From Eubacteriales bacterium (GTDB lineage Bacteria; Bacillota; Clostridia; Oscillospirales; CAG-272): a stretch of 42,082 nt of DNA. The position numbers and the translations under genes are program-made. Positions 28,821-37,505 of the stretch are shown one piece after another. The notes below the pieces were generated by a model. It was not told where the DNA came from. It did not search any database and was given only the letters and a program-made list of their open reading frames with translations. Where the stretch lies: NCBI GenBank assembly GCA_045580585.1, contig JAZNOD010000135.1, forward strand, positions 1-42,082, in the 5' to 3' direction. The stretch's first letter is position 1, and each line of letters opens with the position of its first letter.

Positions 28821-30263
28821 ATGGAAAACAAGAAATGGTATGAAGGCATGCACATGCTCAACCGCGATCCCGACTGGGATACTTCCGGACTTTGGGACAG
28901 AATGGAAAGAGATGAATCCACTCCGGAAGCATGCAAAAAAGGAATTGAGGAAATTTTCGGTTCATACAGAAAGCCGCTGACCGACGTTGCGCTCTGTCTG
29001 TTTGCACAGGTTGCGCTACTCCCTGCGAAGTCATACATCTGGGGCGGAACATTCTGGGAGCTTTACAGATACTCTAACCGTGACGGAGCGCTCAGATGGA
29101 GACGCCCGCACATGATTTTCAAGGAATACGGACTTGATCCCGTTCAGATATTTATCGACCAGACAACAAAGAACGGTATAAGACCTTGGGCAACATTTAG
29201 AATGAATGACTGCCATCCTCCGAGAATTGCAACAGCTATGTATGCAGAAGCTGTAGAAAACGGACAGGTTGTCGGTGAGTCCTACGGCTACTACCGCCAT
29301 TGCTTCGATTTTGCATATCCGAAATACAGAAACGCAGTTCGTGATCTTATTAAAGAAGTTTTCGACAAGTACGATTTCTTCGGACTTGAGCTTGACTTCA
29401 TGCGCGAGCCGTACTGCTACGACTATAAGAACAACCCCGACTGCCACAAAATGATGATCGAGTATCTGCGTGAGATCAAGTCGATCATGCTTGAAGCAGA
29501 AAAGCGTGTAGGTCACGAAATAAAGATACTTATAAGAGTTCCCTCCACCCCCATCGCCTCCTTACAGTTTGGTTTTGATGTTAAGACCATGGCAGATGAA
29601 GGACTTATCGACGCTGTAACCCCCACACCGAGATGGAGAACCAGCGACAGCGGTATTCCCGTAAGAGAGTGGAAAGAGCTTGTCTGCGACAAGATCCCCG
29701 TAATCCCCGGTATAGAATATCTTAACCTTGAGTATACATATACCGATGTCAACATGGCAAAGGGATACTTTGCTTCCTTCTTCGGTCAGGGCGCTGACGG
29801 CAGTTATCTCTACAACTTCTTCAATCAAAGCGGAACTCCCAGCACTTGGGACATCACCAAGGAAAATTGCCTTGAAGGCATGCGTCAGTTCATCGTAACC
29901 GACCAGGACATAGCCGCATATCCCGAAAACCGTTATCTGCCGCTTCCAATGGCGGTTGATGGCACGGCAGAGCTTCCGATCGAGGTTGGTCTTATCAAGC
30001 CCACCGACGATGTAACTCTCATTATAGACTTTGAGGGCGAGGGCGAGCTTACTGTTTCCGCACTCGGCAGAGAAAATGTTGCCGGTGTTAAAATCAACCC
30101 CGTAACAAGAAAAATCTGCGGCAAGCCGGAGTCTGCAAACCTTACACCTCACAGACCTCTTGCATTTGATTTCAGCGGCTGTGAAACTCCCGCTCCAATG
30201 AATCTCACCTTCACCGGAAACGGAACCGTTCACTACGTTGAGGTTATGATCGACGCTAAATAA
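28821..30263 (+). CDS. Paralog 3 of the same family
   Basis: 480 aa. N-terminus MENKKWYEGMHMLNRDPDWD. All family motifs are present. Confidence 0.85.
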   Translation: MENKKWYEGMHMLNRDPDWDTSGLWDRMERDESTPEACKKGIEEIFGSYRKPLTDVALCLFAQVALLPAKSYIWGGTFWELYRYSNRDGALRWRRPHMIFKEYGLDPVQIFIDQTTKNGIRPWATFRMNDCHPPRIATAMYAEAVENGQVVGESYGYYRHCFDFAYPKYRNAVRDLIKEVFDKYDFFGLELDFMREPYCYDYKNNPDCHKMMIEYLREIKSIMLEAEKRVGHEIKILIRVPSTPIASLQFGFDVKTMADEGLIDAVTPTPRWRTSDSGIPVREWKELVCDKIPVIPGIEYLNLEYTYTDVNMAKGYFASFFGQGADGSYLYNFFNQSGTPSTWDITKENCLEGMRQFIVTDQDIAAYPENRYLPLPMAVDGTAELPIEVGLIKPTDDVTLIIDFEGEGELTVSALGRENVAGVKINPVTRKICGKPESANLTPHRPLAFDFSGCETPAPMNLTFTGNGTVHYVEVMIDAK

Positions 30264-30269
30264 CTACCT

Positions 30270-30303
30270 TCCGCGCTGTAATATTGCAGCGCGGATGTTT
30301 TTT
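30270..30303 (+). terminator. rho-independent terminator after paralog 3
   Basis: Stem tccgcgctg / cagcgcgga followed by TGTTTTTT. Confidence 0.8.
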
Positions 30304-30333
30304 CAAATTTTCCATATTGGGCGACAATATTGC

Positions 30334-30362
30334 TTGACGTGCAAATGTAAATGCTGTATTAT
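30334..30362 (+). promoter_or_regulatory. promoter of paralog 4
   Basis: TTGACG (30334-30339), 17-nt spacer, TATTAT (30357-30362). Confidence 0.55.
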
Positions 30363-30396
30363 GTAAATATGATTACAGGCTTGGAGGTAACTTCAC

Positions 30397-31821
30397 ATGG
30401 AAAACAAAAACTGGTATGACGGCTCGCTGTTTTTAAACCGCGCCCCCGACTGATGCCTGCACATAGACTGCTCCACAAAGGAGCTTGCACAGAAAAATCT
30501 CGAGGAAATGTTCTCGGCATATGCAAGCGAGGCTATAACAGATGTTGCCATTAACGTCTTTGCACAAGCGTCATACATTCCAAATTCCGTGTTCGACTGG
30601 ATGCCGGGATATTGGATTAAATATAAGGACACCGATCCCGACTTTGCAAAGCGGTGGGAAAACTTCTATCTATGCTACGCGGAATACGGAATCGACCCCG
30701 TTCAGATTTTCATAGATCAAACCAACAAAAACGGACGCCGTGCATGGGTATCGATCCGCATGAACGACTGCCACAAGGGACTCTCACGCTCAAAATTCTT
30801 TGACGAGGAGCAGGCAGAGGGGCATCTTATCGGTGAAGCATACGGCTACTACTGGCACGCTTACGACTACCAGTATCCGAGATACCGCACACTGCTGAAA
30901 TACTACATAGCGGAAGTTCTTTCAAAGTACGACTTTTTCGGCATAGAGTACGATTTCCTGCGTGAACCGTGGTGCTTTGACTACAACAATATAAAGAACC
31001 CCCACGAAATAATGAACGAGTATCTGCGTGAGCTTAAGGCTATAGTTACCGAGGCTGAAGGGCGTGTCGGTCACAAGATTCAGATTCTAATGCGCATCCC
31101 GCGCGATATAAAAACATGCATGGACTTCGGATTCGACGTTGAAACCATTGCAAATGAAGGCCTTGCCGATGTACTCAGCCCATGTGCGAGATATGCGCCT
31201 ACCGACGGCTGTCTTCCTGTAAGAGAGTGGCTCGCGCGTGTGGGAGATAAAGTAGCCATCATCCCCGGAATAGAAGTGTTTAACAAGCGTATGTTCTTTT
31301 CCGAGCCTAAACATTCAAAGGCGTTTCTTGCCTCATTTTACGGTCAAGGCGCACCTGGAGCATACCTCTACAACTTCTGGAACATTAACAAAGGAAACCG
31401 CGAGGTTTGGACGTTCAACGCCGAGAACTGCCTTAAAGGGCTGCGTGAATTTTACGTAACCGAGCAGGATCTTTGCATTAACCCGGAAACAAAGTACAAG
31501 CCCTTCCCCCTCGTAATCGACGGTGAAGCTGATTTTTCCATGGAAGTCGGAAAAATCAAGGCAAGTGATGACACCAAGATAATTATTGACTTTATCGGTG
31601 ACGTTATCCCAACACTTTCGGCAAACGGCGGAAAGGCTATCACGCCAGTTCAGTGTGAACCTATAAACATGATAAATCACCTTGGCAAGCTCATCACACA
31701 GACCGATAATACTCCGCTTTCATTTGATCTTTCCGGCATTGAAACAGACTCGCCGCTAAATCTGAAATTCAATGGAAGCGGCACCGTATACTTTATTGAC
31801 GTTGTTGTTGACGCTAAATAA
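30397..31821 (+). pseudogene. Paralog 4, interrupted by an in-frame TGA at codon 19 (residual ORF 30508-31821)
   Basis: ATG 30397 with a GGAGG RBS gives MENKNWYDGSLFLNRAPD*. The TGA at 30451-30453 sits where all other copies have TGG (Trp). The same frame continues to 31821 with the family motifs (RMNDCH, EYDFLREPWCFDY, PGIE). Confidence 0.75.
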
Positions 31822-31827
31822 TTCAAG

Positions 31828-31861
31828 CTTCGCTGTGACATGTTCACAGCGAAGTTTTTTG
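31828..31861 (+). terminator. rho-independent terminator after paralog 4
   Basis: 11-bp stem cttcgctgtga / tcacagcgaag followed by TTTTTT. Confidence 0.85.
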
Positions 31862-31908
31862 TAAATTCCACTCGTTTTTTTAATATGTTATCTATTTTTA
31901 AAAATGGG

Positions 31909-31937
31909 TTGACATCCCCCAAAATATGTGATATAAA
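31909..31937 (+). promoter_or_regulatory. promoter of paralogs 5-6
   Basis: TTGACA (31909-31914), 17-nt spacer, TATAAA (31932-31937). Confidence 0.6.
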
Positions 31938-31999
31938 TAAAGTTAATAAGCGATCTTTATCGCGGAAAGGATGCTGTTTTGCAGCAGCTACAGATTTGT

Positions 32000-33449
32000 A
32001 TGGAAAACAAAAAATGGTATGAAGGCATGTATATGATGAACCGCGATCCCGACTGGTGTCTTGGTGTAACAAGTGAATCCAAAGAAGCCTGCGAAGCACA
32101 GCTTATACATCACTTCTCATCCTTCGTTAACGGAACACAGATCACCGATGTAATGTTCAACACATTCTGCTCGCAGTCCTACATTCCTTCATTTGTTTTT
32201 GACTGGTTTGCGATGCGCTGGATTCAGTATAAGGACTACGATTACCTGACAGGAGAAAAGGTAACCGAAATTCCCTTCCAAATTGCGCGCTGGGAAACCC
32301 TTTATAAATGCTACGCCGAATTTAATATAGATCCCGTTCAGATATTCCTCGATCAGATGAAAAAGTACAACAAGCGAGCATGGCTCTCCATACGTATGAA
32401 CGACTGCCACCATGATGTCTATAACGGCACAAAGATGCAGCAGGAGGATATTGCAGCGGGTCAGACAGTCGGTGATGCTTACGGCTACTTCAGCAAGTGC
32501 CGCAACTTCTCATACGGCAGATACCGCACACTGCTCCTCGCTTACGTTGAAGAAGTATTCTCAAAATATGATTTCTTCGGTCTTGAGCTGGACTTCATGC
32601 GGGAGCCGTACTGCTTCGACTACAAGAATACCCCCGACTGCCACAAGATAATGACTGAATATTTGAGAGAAGTGAAGGCTCTTGTTTCCATAGCTGAGGC
32701 GCGTGTCGGAACATGACATAAAAATTCTCATAAGAGTTCCGAGCTTTCCCAAAGCTGCGTTTGCACTTGGATTTGATGTTGAAACACTCTATAAAGACGG
32801 CATTATCGATGCCGTCAACCCCACACCGCTGTTTAATAACACAGACAGCTACATTCCGATTGAAGAATGGAAAGCAATGCTCGGCGACGATGCCGCCATT
32901 ATCCCGGTACTTGAAATACTTAACCATAAGTATCCCTACAACCAGCTTGAAAACGTCAAGGCATATCTCGCGGCCTTTTACGCGCAGGGCGCGCCCGGTG
33001 CATATCTTTACAACTATTACGGCCACGCAAAAAGCGGAATATGGGATCTCACTCCCGAAAAGTGCCTTGAAGGAAAGCGCCACTTTATCGTTACAAACGA
33101 GGACTGCTTTGCATTCCCCGAGGAGCGCAACAAGCCGCTTCCGATAGCGATTGATACAAGCGCAGAGCGAAAGCTTCTCATTGGAAAGGTTAAGCCGAGC
33201 GATAAGGTAACACTTCGTATTGACTTTGAAGGTGAGAAAGCACCTGTGCTTTGTGTTGGCGTGAAAACGAATATTCATGGCACACCAACCGAGTCAATCA
33301 CGCTTGGCGGGAACGGAAAGACGCTTATTCTTTCAGATTACACACCGTATTCTTATGACATAAGCGGCATCGAAACCGATAATGAGATTACCGTAAAATT
33401 CGACGGTAACGGAACTGTACACTATCTTGACCTGCTCATAGAGGCATAA
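32000..33449 (+). pseudogene. Paralog 5, disrupted by a 1-nt insertion (frameshift near 32711)
   Basis: ATG 32000 gives MENKKWYEGMYMMNRDPDW. Frame A stops at 32714-32716. Homology (..ARVG|HDIKILIRVPS..) resumes in the +1 frame (ORF 32703-33449). The extra A lies in GGA-A-CAT. No SD sequence precedes the ATG. Confidence 0.75.
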
Positions 33450-33473
33450 AATAAATACCAAGGAGATTTTATC

Positions 33474-34916
33474 ATGGAGAACAAGAAATGGTATGAGGGC
33501 GCGTATATATTCAACCGCGACCCCGACTGGAACGGTCAGATCAACATGAACACCGACAAGGAAACCTATCTCAAGGATCTGCGCGAAACCTTCGCGGCGT
33601 ACAAGGGTGGCATAACCGATATCGCACTTTGCGTTTTCGGCAAAGGTTCGGTTATTCCCTCTGAAACCACACCGTGGGGCTCTGACAAGTGGCTCAAATA
33701 CAAAGATATTGATCCTAACGAATCCTTTGGTCAGGCTCCCAATCACTATAAATGCTTTGTGGAGTATGGCATAGATGCCGTTGAGGTGTTCATTGAGGAA
33801 ACAAAGAAGAACGGCATACGCCCGTGGCTTTCAATGAGAATGAACGACTGCCACCCGTCTAAATACAACATTGACCTTTATTATGAAGCCGAGGAAAAGG
33901 GTATGCTCCTCGGCAAAGAGTACGGATACTACGGCACATGCTATAACTTCGCGTTTGACAAGTACCGCGATATGACCATTGACTTCATGCGCGAAATGCT
34001 CTGCAAGTACGATGTCTTCGGTCTTGAGCTCGACTTTCTTCGTGAGCCGCACTGTCTTGACTACAAGCACGACGAAAACCGTTGGGAAATCATGACCAAC
34101 TACATGCGTCGCGTTAAAGCAACCGTTACCGAGTGCGAAAAGGTGATAGGACATCCGATCAAGATACTTATGCGTCACCCGAGTAATCCCGAGTCCGCAT
34201 ACGATTTCGGCTTTGATATGAAGACTATCGCCGCAGAGGGACTTATCGACGTATCCAGTCCCGGTCCGAGATGGCTCAACTGTGACAGCTATATTCCCGT
34301 TGATGAGTGGCAGAAGATCGTTGGAGATGACATCCCCGTTATCCCCGGTCTTGAGATATTTAACGTTAAATATATCTACAGCCAGGATTATCACATAAAG
34401 GGTTACATGGCAGCGTACAAGGCGCTTGGTGCAAAGTCTATATATGCATACAATTTCTTCTGGATAAACGAAGACAACCAAAAGAATTGGCAGGTGTCTA
34501 TTGATAACTGTACCGAGGGTTACCGCGAATTCATCGTTGCAAATCAGGACTGCTTCACACGCGAGGACATGAGTTATAAGCCGCTGCCGATAAAGCTTGA
34601 CGGCACTCACGAGTTGCCGCTTGTAATCGGTCTTGTAAAGAGCATAGACGACGTTAAGCTCGTTATAGATTTTGAAGGGGATGAGATTCCCGTAGTGTCT
34701 GTTGAAGGCAAGGAAAATGTGGTCGGATATGAGCGTGAGCCTATCCGCGAAGGTTCAGGCAGCGGCACTCCTGATGCTGACGGAAAATGCATCATCACCA
34801 CACACAACACTATCGAATATGACCTTAACGGAATTTCCACAGACGGTCCCATATCGCTCACATTTAATGGAAAAGGAACTGTACACTACATCAACTTCAG
34901 AATAGACGCGAAATAA
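33474..34916 (+). CDS. Paralog 6 of the same family (most divergent intact copy)
   Basis: 480 aa with an AAGGAG RBS. N-terminus MENKKWYEGAYIFNRDPDWN. Motifs RMNDCH, ELDFLREPHCLDY, PGLE. C-terminus GTVHYINFRIDAK. Confidence 0.85.
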   Translation: MENKKWYEGAYIFNRDPDWNGQINMNTDKETYLKDLRETFAAYKGGITDIALCVFGKGSVIPSETTPWGSDKWLKYKDIDPNESFGQAPNHYKCFVEYGIDAVEVFIEETKKNGIRPWLSMRMNDCHPSKYNIDLYYEAEEKGMLLGKEYGYYGTCYNFAFDKYRDMTIDFMREMLCKYDVFGLELDFLREPHCLDYKHDENRWEIMTNYMRRVKATVTECEKVIGHPIKILMRHPSNPESAYDFGFDMKTIAAEGLIDVSSPGPRWLNCDSYIPVDEWQKIVGDDIPVIPGLEIFNVKYIYSQDYHIKGYMAAYKALGAKSIYAYNFFWINEDNQKNWQVSIDNCTEGYREFIVANQDCFTREDMSYKPLPIKLDGTHELPLVIGLVKSIDDVKLVIDFEGDEIPVVSVEGKENVVGYEREPIREGSGSGTPDADGKCIITTHNTIEYDLNGISTDGPISLTFNGKGTVHYINFRIDAK

Positions 34917-34937
34917 GATTTATAACAGTAAGAGTCA

Positions 34938-34972
34938 AAAATACCGCTGCATAAAGCAGCGGTATTTTCCTT
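34938..34972 (+). terminator. rho-independent terminator closing the array
   Basis: Stem aaaataccgctgc / gcagcggtatttt followed by a T-rich tail. Confidence 0.8.
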
Positions 34973-34999
34973 TGCCTTGCTAAAAATTCGCAAATGTTA

Positions 35000-35028
35000 T
35001 TGACAAACACTTTGCCGTATGGTATAAT
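35000..35028 (+). promoter_or_regulatory. consensus sigma-A promoter of tRNA-Pro
   Basis: TTGACA (35000-35005), 17-nt spacer, TATAAT (35023-35028). Confidence 0.7.
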
Positions 35029-35052
35029 ATCTAAGTCGACACATGAGTATTT

Positions 35053-35128
35053 CGGGATGTAGCGCAGTTGGTAGCGCGCCTGCTTTGGGAGCAGGATGTC
35101 GCAGGTTCAAATCCTGTCATTCCGACCA
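35053..35128 (+). tRNA. tRNA-Pro (anticodon UGG), CCA-encoded
   Basis: A 76-nt cloverleaf folded by hand: acceptor cgggatg/cattccg, D-arm gcgc-agttggta-gcgc, anticodon arm cctgc-ttTGGga-gcagg, T-arm gcagg-ttcaaat-cctgt, then ACCA. Confidence 0.93.
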
Positions 35129-35133
35129 CATGA

Positions 35134-35185
35134 AAATAATCCGAACATTCTCTTACTTGGAGAAGCGTTCGGATTATTTGTTTTA
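35134..35185 (+). terminator. terminator after tRNA-Pro
   Basis: Long hairpin aaataatccgaac...gttcggattattt with inner pairing ttctc/gagaa, followed by GTTTT. Confidence 0.7.
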
Positions 35186-35222
35186 TTTGAGTATCCCAAC
35201 TTTAATAGTAAGAAATGAAAAT

Positions 35223-35256
35223 AGCCACCGATAAGAAAAATTGTCGGTGGCTTTTC
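35223..35256. terminator. bidirectional terminator (serves the Mn-catalase gene on the minus strand)
   Basis: Stem agccaccga / tcggtggct flanked by A/T runs. Confidence 0.65.
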
Positions 35257-35293
35257 TAATGCACGATAGAGTATTTGGTAACAGTAATTATTT

Positions 35294-35956
35294 TCACTTA
35301 AACGCCGGAGCGTGGGTCTCGCCCGTTGCAAAAGCGTTGGGTCCGGGATCGGACATAGAAAAATACATTTTTGCTGCCTTGGTCGTGCCGAAGTCGCGGT
35401 TAGAGCCGGTCTGTTGTACCTTATTGAAGGCATCGCGGAACATCTGATTGTGGGCTTCTTCACGGTTGAGGAGAAAATCAATGGTCTCTCTGACCTTTTT
35501 GTCCTCAATCTGGCGGTAGAGATACTCATAAACCACCTTGGCTCTCTGCTCGGACGCGATATTGGAGAGCAGGTCTGCGCACAGGTCGCCCGTGACGGTG
35601 ACGTAATCTCCCGTCCATGAATATCCCGAAGAATTAATAAGCCCGGGATTCAGTCCGAGCAGAACGTGCGTCTGCACCTCTCCTGCCTGCACCTTGGTGG
35701 CATCCACGTCATGACCGTTAAGAAGATTGATAGTCTGTGCCACCATCTCCATATGACCAAGCTCCTCTGCGGCGATATCAAGAAAGAGATCCTTGATTTC
35801 GGGATCCTTGATCCTGAAGCTCTGCGACATATACTGCATTGCCGCCTTGAGCTCACCGTTACCGCCGCCGAGCTGTTCCTGAAGCAGTACGGCGTACTGC
35901 GAGTTCGGTCTTTCGACCTCTACAGGATGGAATAATTGTTTTTCATGTTTGAACAT
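35294..35956 (-). CDS. Manganese catalase family protein
   Basis: 220 aa. LLQEQLGGGNGELKAAMQYMSQSF and EELGHMEMV match the Mn-catalase di-metal motifs. Confidence 0.9.
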   Translation of the reverse strand: MFKHEKQLFHPVEVERPNSQYAVLLQEQLGGGNGELKAAMQYMSQSFRIKDPEIKDLFLDIAAEELGHMEMVAQTINLLNGHDVDATKVQAGEVQTHVLLGLNPGLINSSGYSWTGDYVTVTGDLCADLLSNIASEQRAKVVYEYLYRQIEDKKVRETIDFLLNREEAHNQMFRDAFNKVQQTGSNRDFGTTKAAKMYFSMSDPGPNAFATGETHAPAFK

Positions 35957-36021
35957 AGCAAATTTAACCTCCGTTTATGGATTTAATACTATTATTTCCC
36001 ATTATGCGAAGGCGTATACTG

Positions 36022-37326
36022 CTATATTCTTTTATCATCCGTCGCGGGATTGTCGATCAGCTCGCCGTCTTCAGTGAAACGTGAGCCGTGGCAGGGGCAG
36101 TCCCAGGTGTGTTCGGCTTTGTTGTATTTGAGGGCGCAACCGAGGTGTGGACATCGGGGCGCGGTGGGTGTAAGAAGTCCGATTGCAGACTCAAAAGCAT
36201 TTACCGCAAGCTGTGGATGAAGAACCGTGCGTGAGGGGTCGAAAACGTCAGCATAAGGGTTGGGCTTTCCTTGAACGAGATCGCAGAGAATATCTGCGGC
36301 GACCATGGCGTTGGTCATGCCCCACTTGTTAAATCCCGTTGCCACAAAAACGTCGGGCGTGGATCTTGAATATTGACCGATATAAGGGATATCATCGAGC
36401 GTCATACAATCCTGCGTCGCCCACTTGCCGACGATCTCGGCATTTTTGTAATACTTACGGGCAAAATCTTCAAGCTCCTGCCAACAACCGCCTTGCTTGC
36501 CAGTTCGGTGTCCGCCACCGCCGAGGAGCAGAAGATCGCCGTAACTTCGGAAGGACAGTCCCGTGTCCGATTCATCCACATACATTCCTTCTACTTTTTT
36601 GGCGTTTTTGAGTGCAAGAACGTAGGAACGATGCTGATAGAGTTTGAGATAGTACAAGCCATGTTTATTGAGCATCGGAAAATGAGTTGCAATAATCAGT
36701 TTTTTGTAGGTGATTTCACCGTGATTGGTGATTGCCTTGTGCGGCATCAGTTCCATGACTTTAGTATGCTCGTAGATTGGCAGATCTTTTGCAATTGTAT
36801 AGAGAAATTTCAACGGGTGGAACTGCGCTTGATCTCTCACGCGCACCGCCCCTGCGACCGTAAACGGAAGCTCGCAGGCATCCAAGGACTCGGCTTTCAT
36901 ACCGAGACGCCCCAAGGCGGCGACCTCTTTTTCAATCTTCTTGCGGTCACCCATAGAATATACGTAGTTATCCCGCGTTTCATAGTCGCAATCGATCTTT
37001 TCACAAAGCTGAGCATATTCTTTGATTGCTTTATTTTGTGCGTCAATGTAAAGGCGTGTTTTATCCTCACCAAAGCGTTTGATCATTTTGTCGTAGATCA
37101 AACCGTGCCCCAAAGTGATCTTCGCCGTGGTGTTTTTTGTGATACCACCGCTGATCTCATTCGCCTCGACCAGTATACAATCCACGCTCGCATTTTTTAG
37201 CTTATAGGCGCATAAAATCCCCGTGATCCCGCCTCCGATGATCAGAATGTCGGTGTTTTTATTGCTACTCAAAGCATCAAAATGCACACGCTTTGCAGTA
37301 TCTTCCCAAATAGAATCCATACTCAT
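36022..37326 (-). CDS. FAD-dependent oxidoreductase fused to a C-terminal Rieske [2Fe-2S] domain (YhfW-like)
   Basis: N-terminal GGGITG dinucleotide fold. C-terminal Rieske ligands CPHLGC...CPCHGS. I prefer ATG 37326 as the start because it overlaps the stop of the upstream small ORF (TGATG). The ORF-track GTG at 37362 is possible. Confidence 0.85.
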   Translation of the reverse strand: MSMDSIWEDTAKRVHFDALSSNKNTDILIIGGGITGILCAYKLKNASVDCILVEANEISGGITKNTTAKITLGHGLIYDKMIKRFGEDKTRLYIDAQNKAIKEYAQLCEKIDCDYETRDNYVYSMGDRKKIEKEVAALGRLGMKAESLDACELPFTVAGAVRVRDQAQFHPLKFLYTIAKDLPIYEHTKVMELMPHKAITNHGEITYKKLIIATHFPMLNKHGLYYLKLYQHRSYVLALKNAKKVEGMYVDESDTGLSFRSYGDLLLLGGGGHRTGKQGGCWQELEDFARKYYKNAEIVGKWATQDCMTLDDIPYIGQYSRSTPDVFVATGFNKWGMTNAMVAADILCDLVQGKPNPYADVFDPSRTVLHPQLAVNAFESAIGLLTPTAPRCPHLGCALKYNKAEHTWDCPCHGSRFTEDGELIDNPATDDKRI

Positions 37327-37505
37327 CACTCGCCGTTTACCAGAGAATCCACGTAGTGACACATCTCATCTCTGCTTTTTACCGCGTGTGTTCCTGCGAT
37401 GATCTGTTGCTTTTGTTCCTCGCTGAGCGTTCCGAACTTCTGCATAGCTTCGGGATTCATCGCAAGCGCCATAGCAAAGCCAACCGGCATTTCGTCTTTC
37501 GTCAT
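37326..37505 (-). CDS. Small hypothetical protein (59 aa), translationally coupled to the FAD/Rieske gene
   Basis: It is not in the ORF track because it is under 60 aa. A GGAGGT RBS lies 6 nt upstream of ATG 37505. Sequence MTKDEMPVGFAMALAMNPEAMQKFGTLSEEQKQQIIAGTHAVKSRDEMCHYVDSLVNGE. Its stop shares nucleotide 37326 with the next start. Confidence 0.6.
   Translation of the reverse strand: MTKDEMPVGFAMALAMNPEAMQKFGTLSEEQKQQIIAGTHAVKSRDEMCHYVDSLVNGE

Larger units (their letters stand above)
25484..34916 (+). repeat. Tandem gene-family array (6 full-length copies plus 1 relic, head-to-tail)
   Basis: Repeated ~1.45-kb coding units with shared N- and C-termini and recurring promoter and terminator modules. 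Confidence 0.9.

Noticed and set aside
30451-30453. TGA at a conserved Trp position could indicate an alternative genetic code (TGA = Trp).
   Set aside because: TGA is used as a genuine stop elsewhere in the window: paralog 2 at 28679-28681, the 59-aa ORF at 37326-37328, and the 44-aa ORF at 39739-41. The five other copies use TGG at this site.
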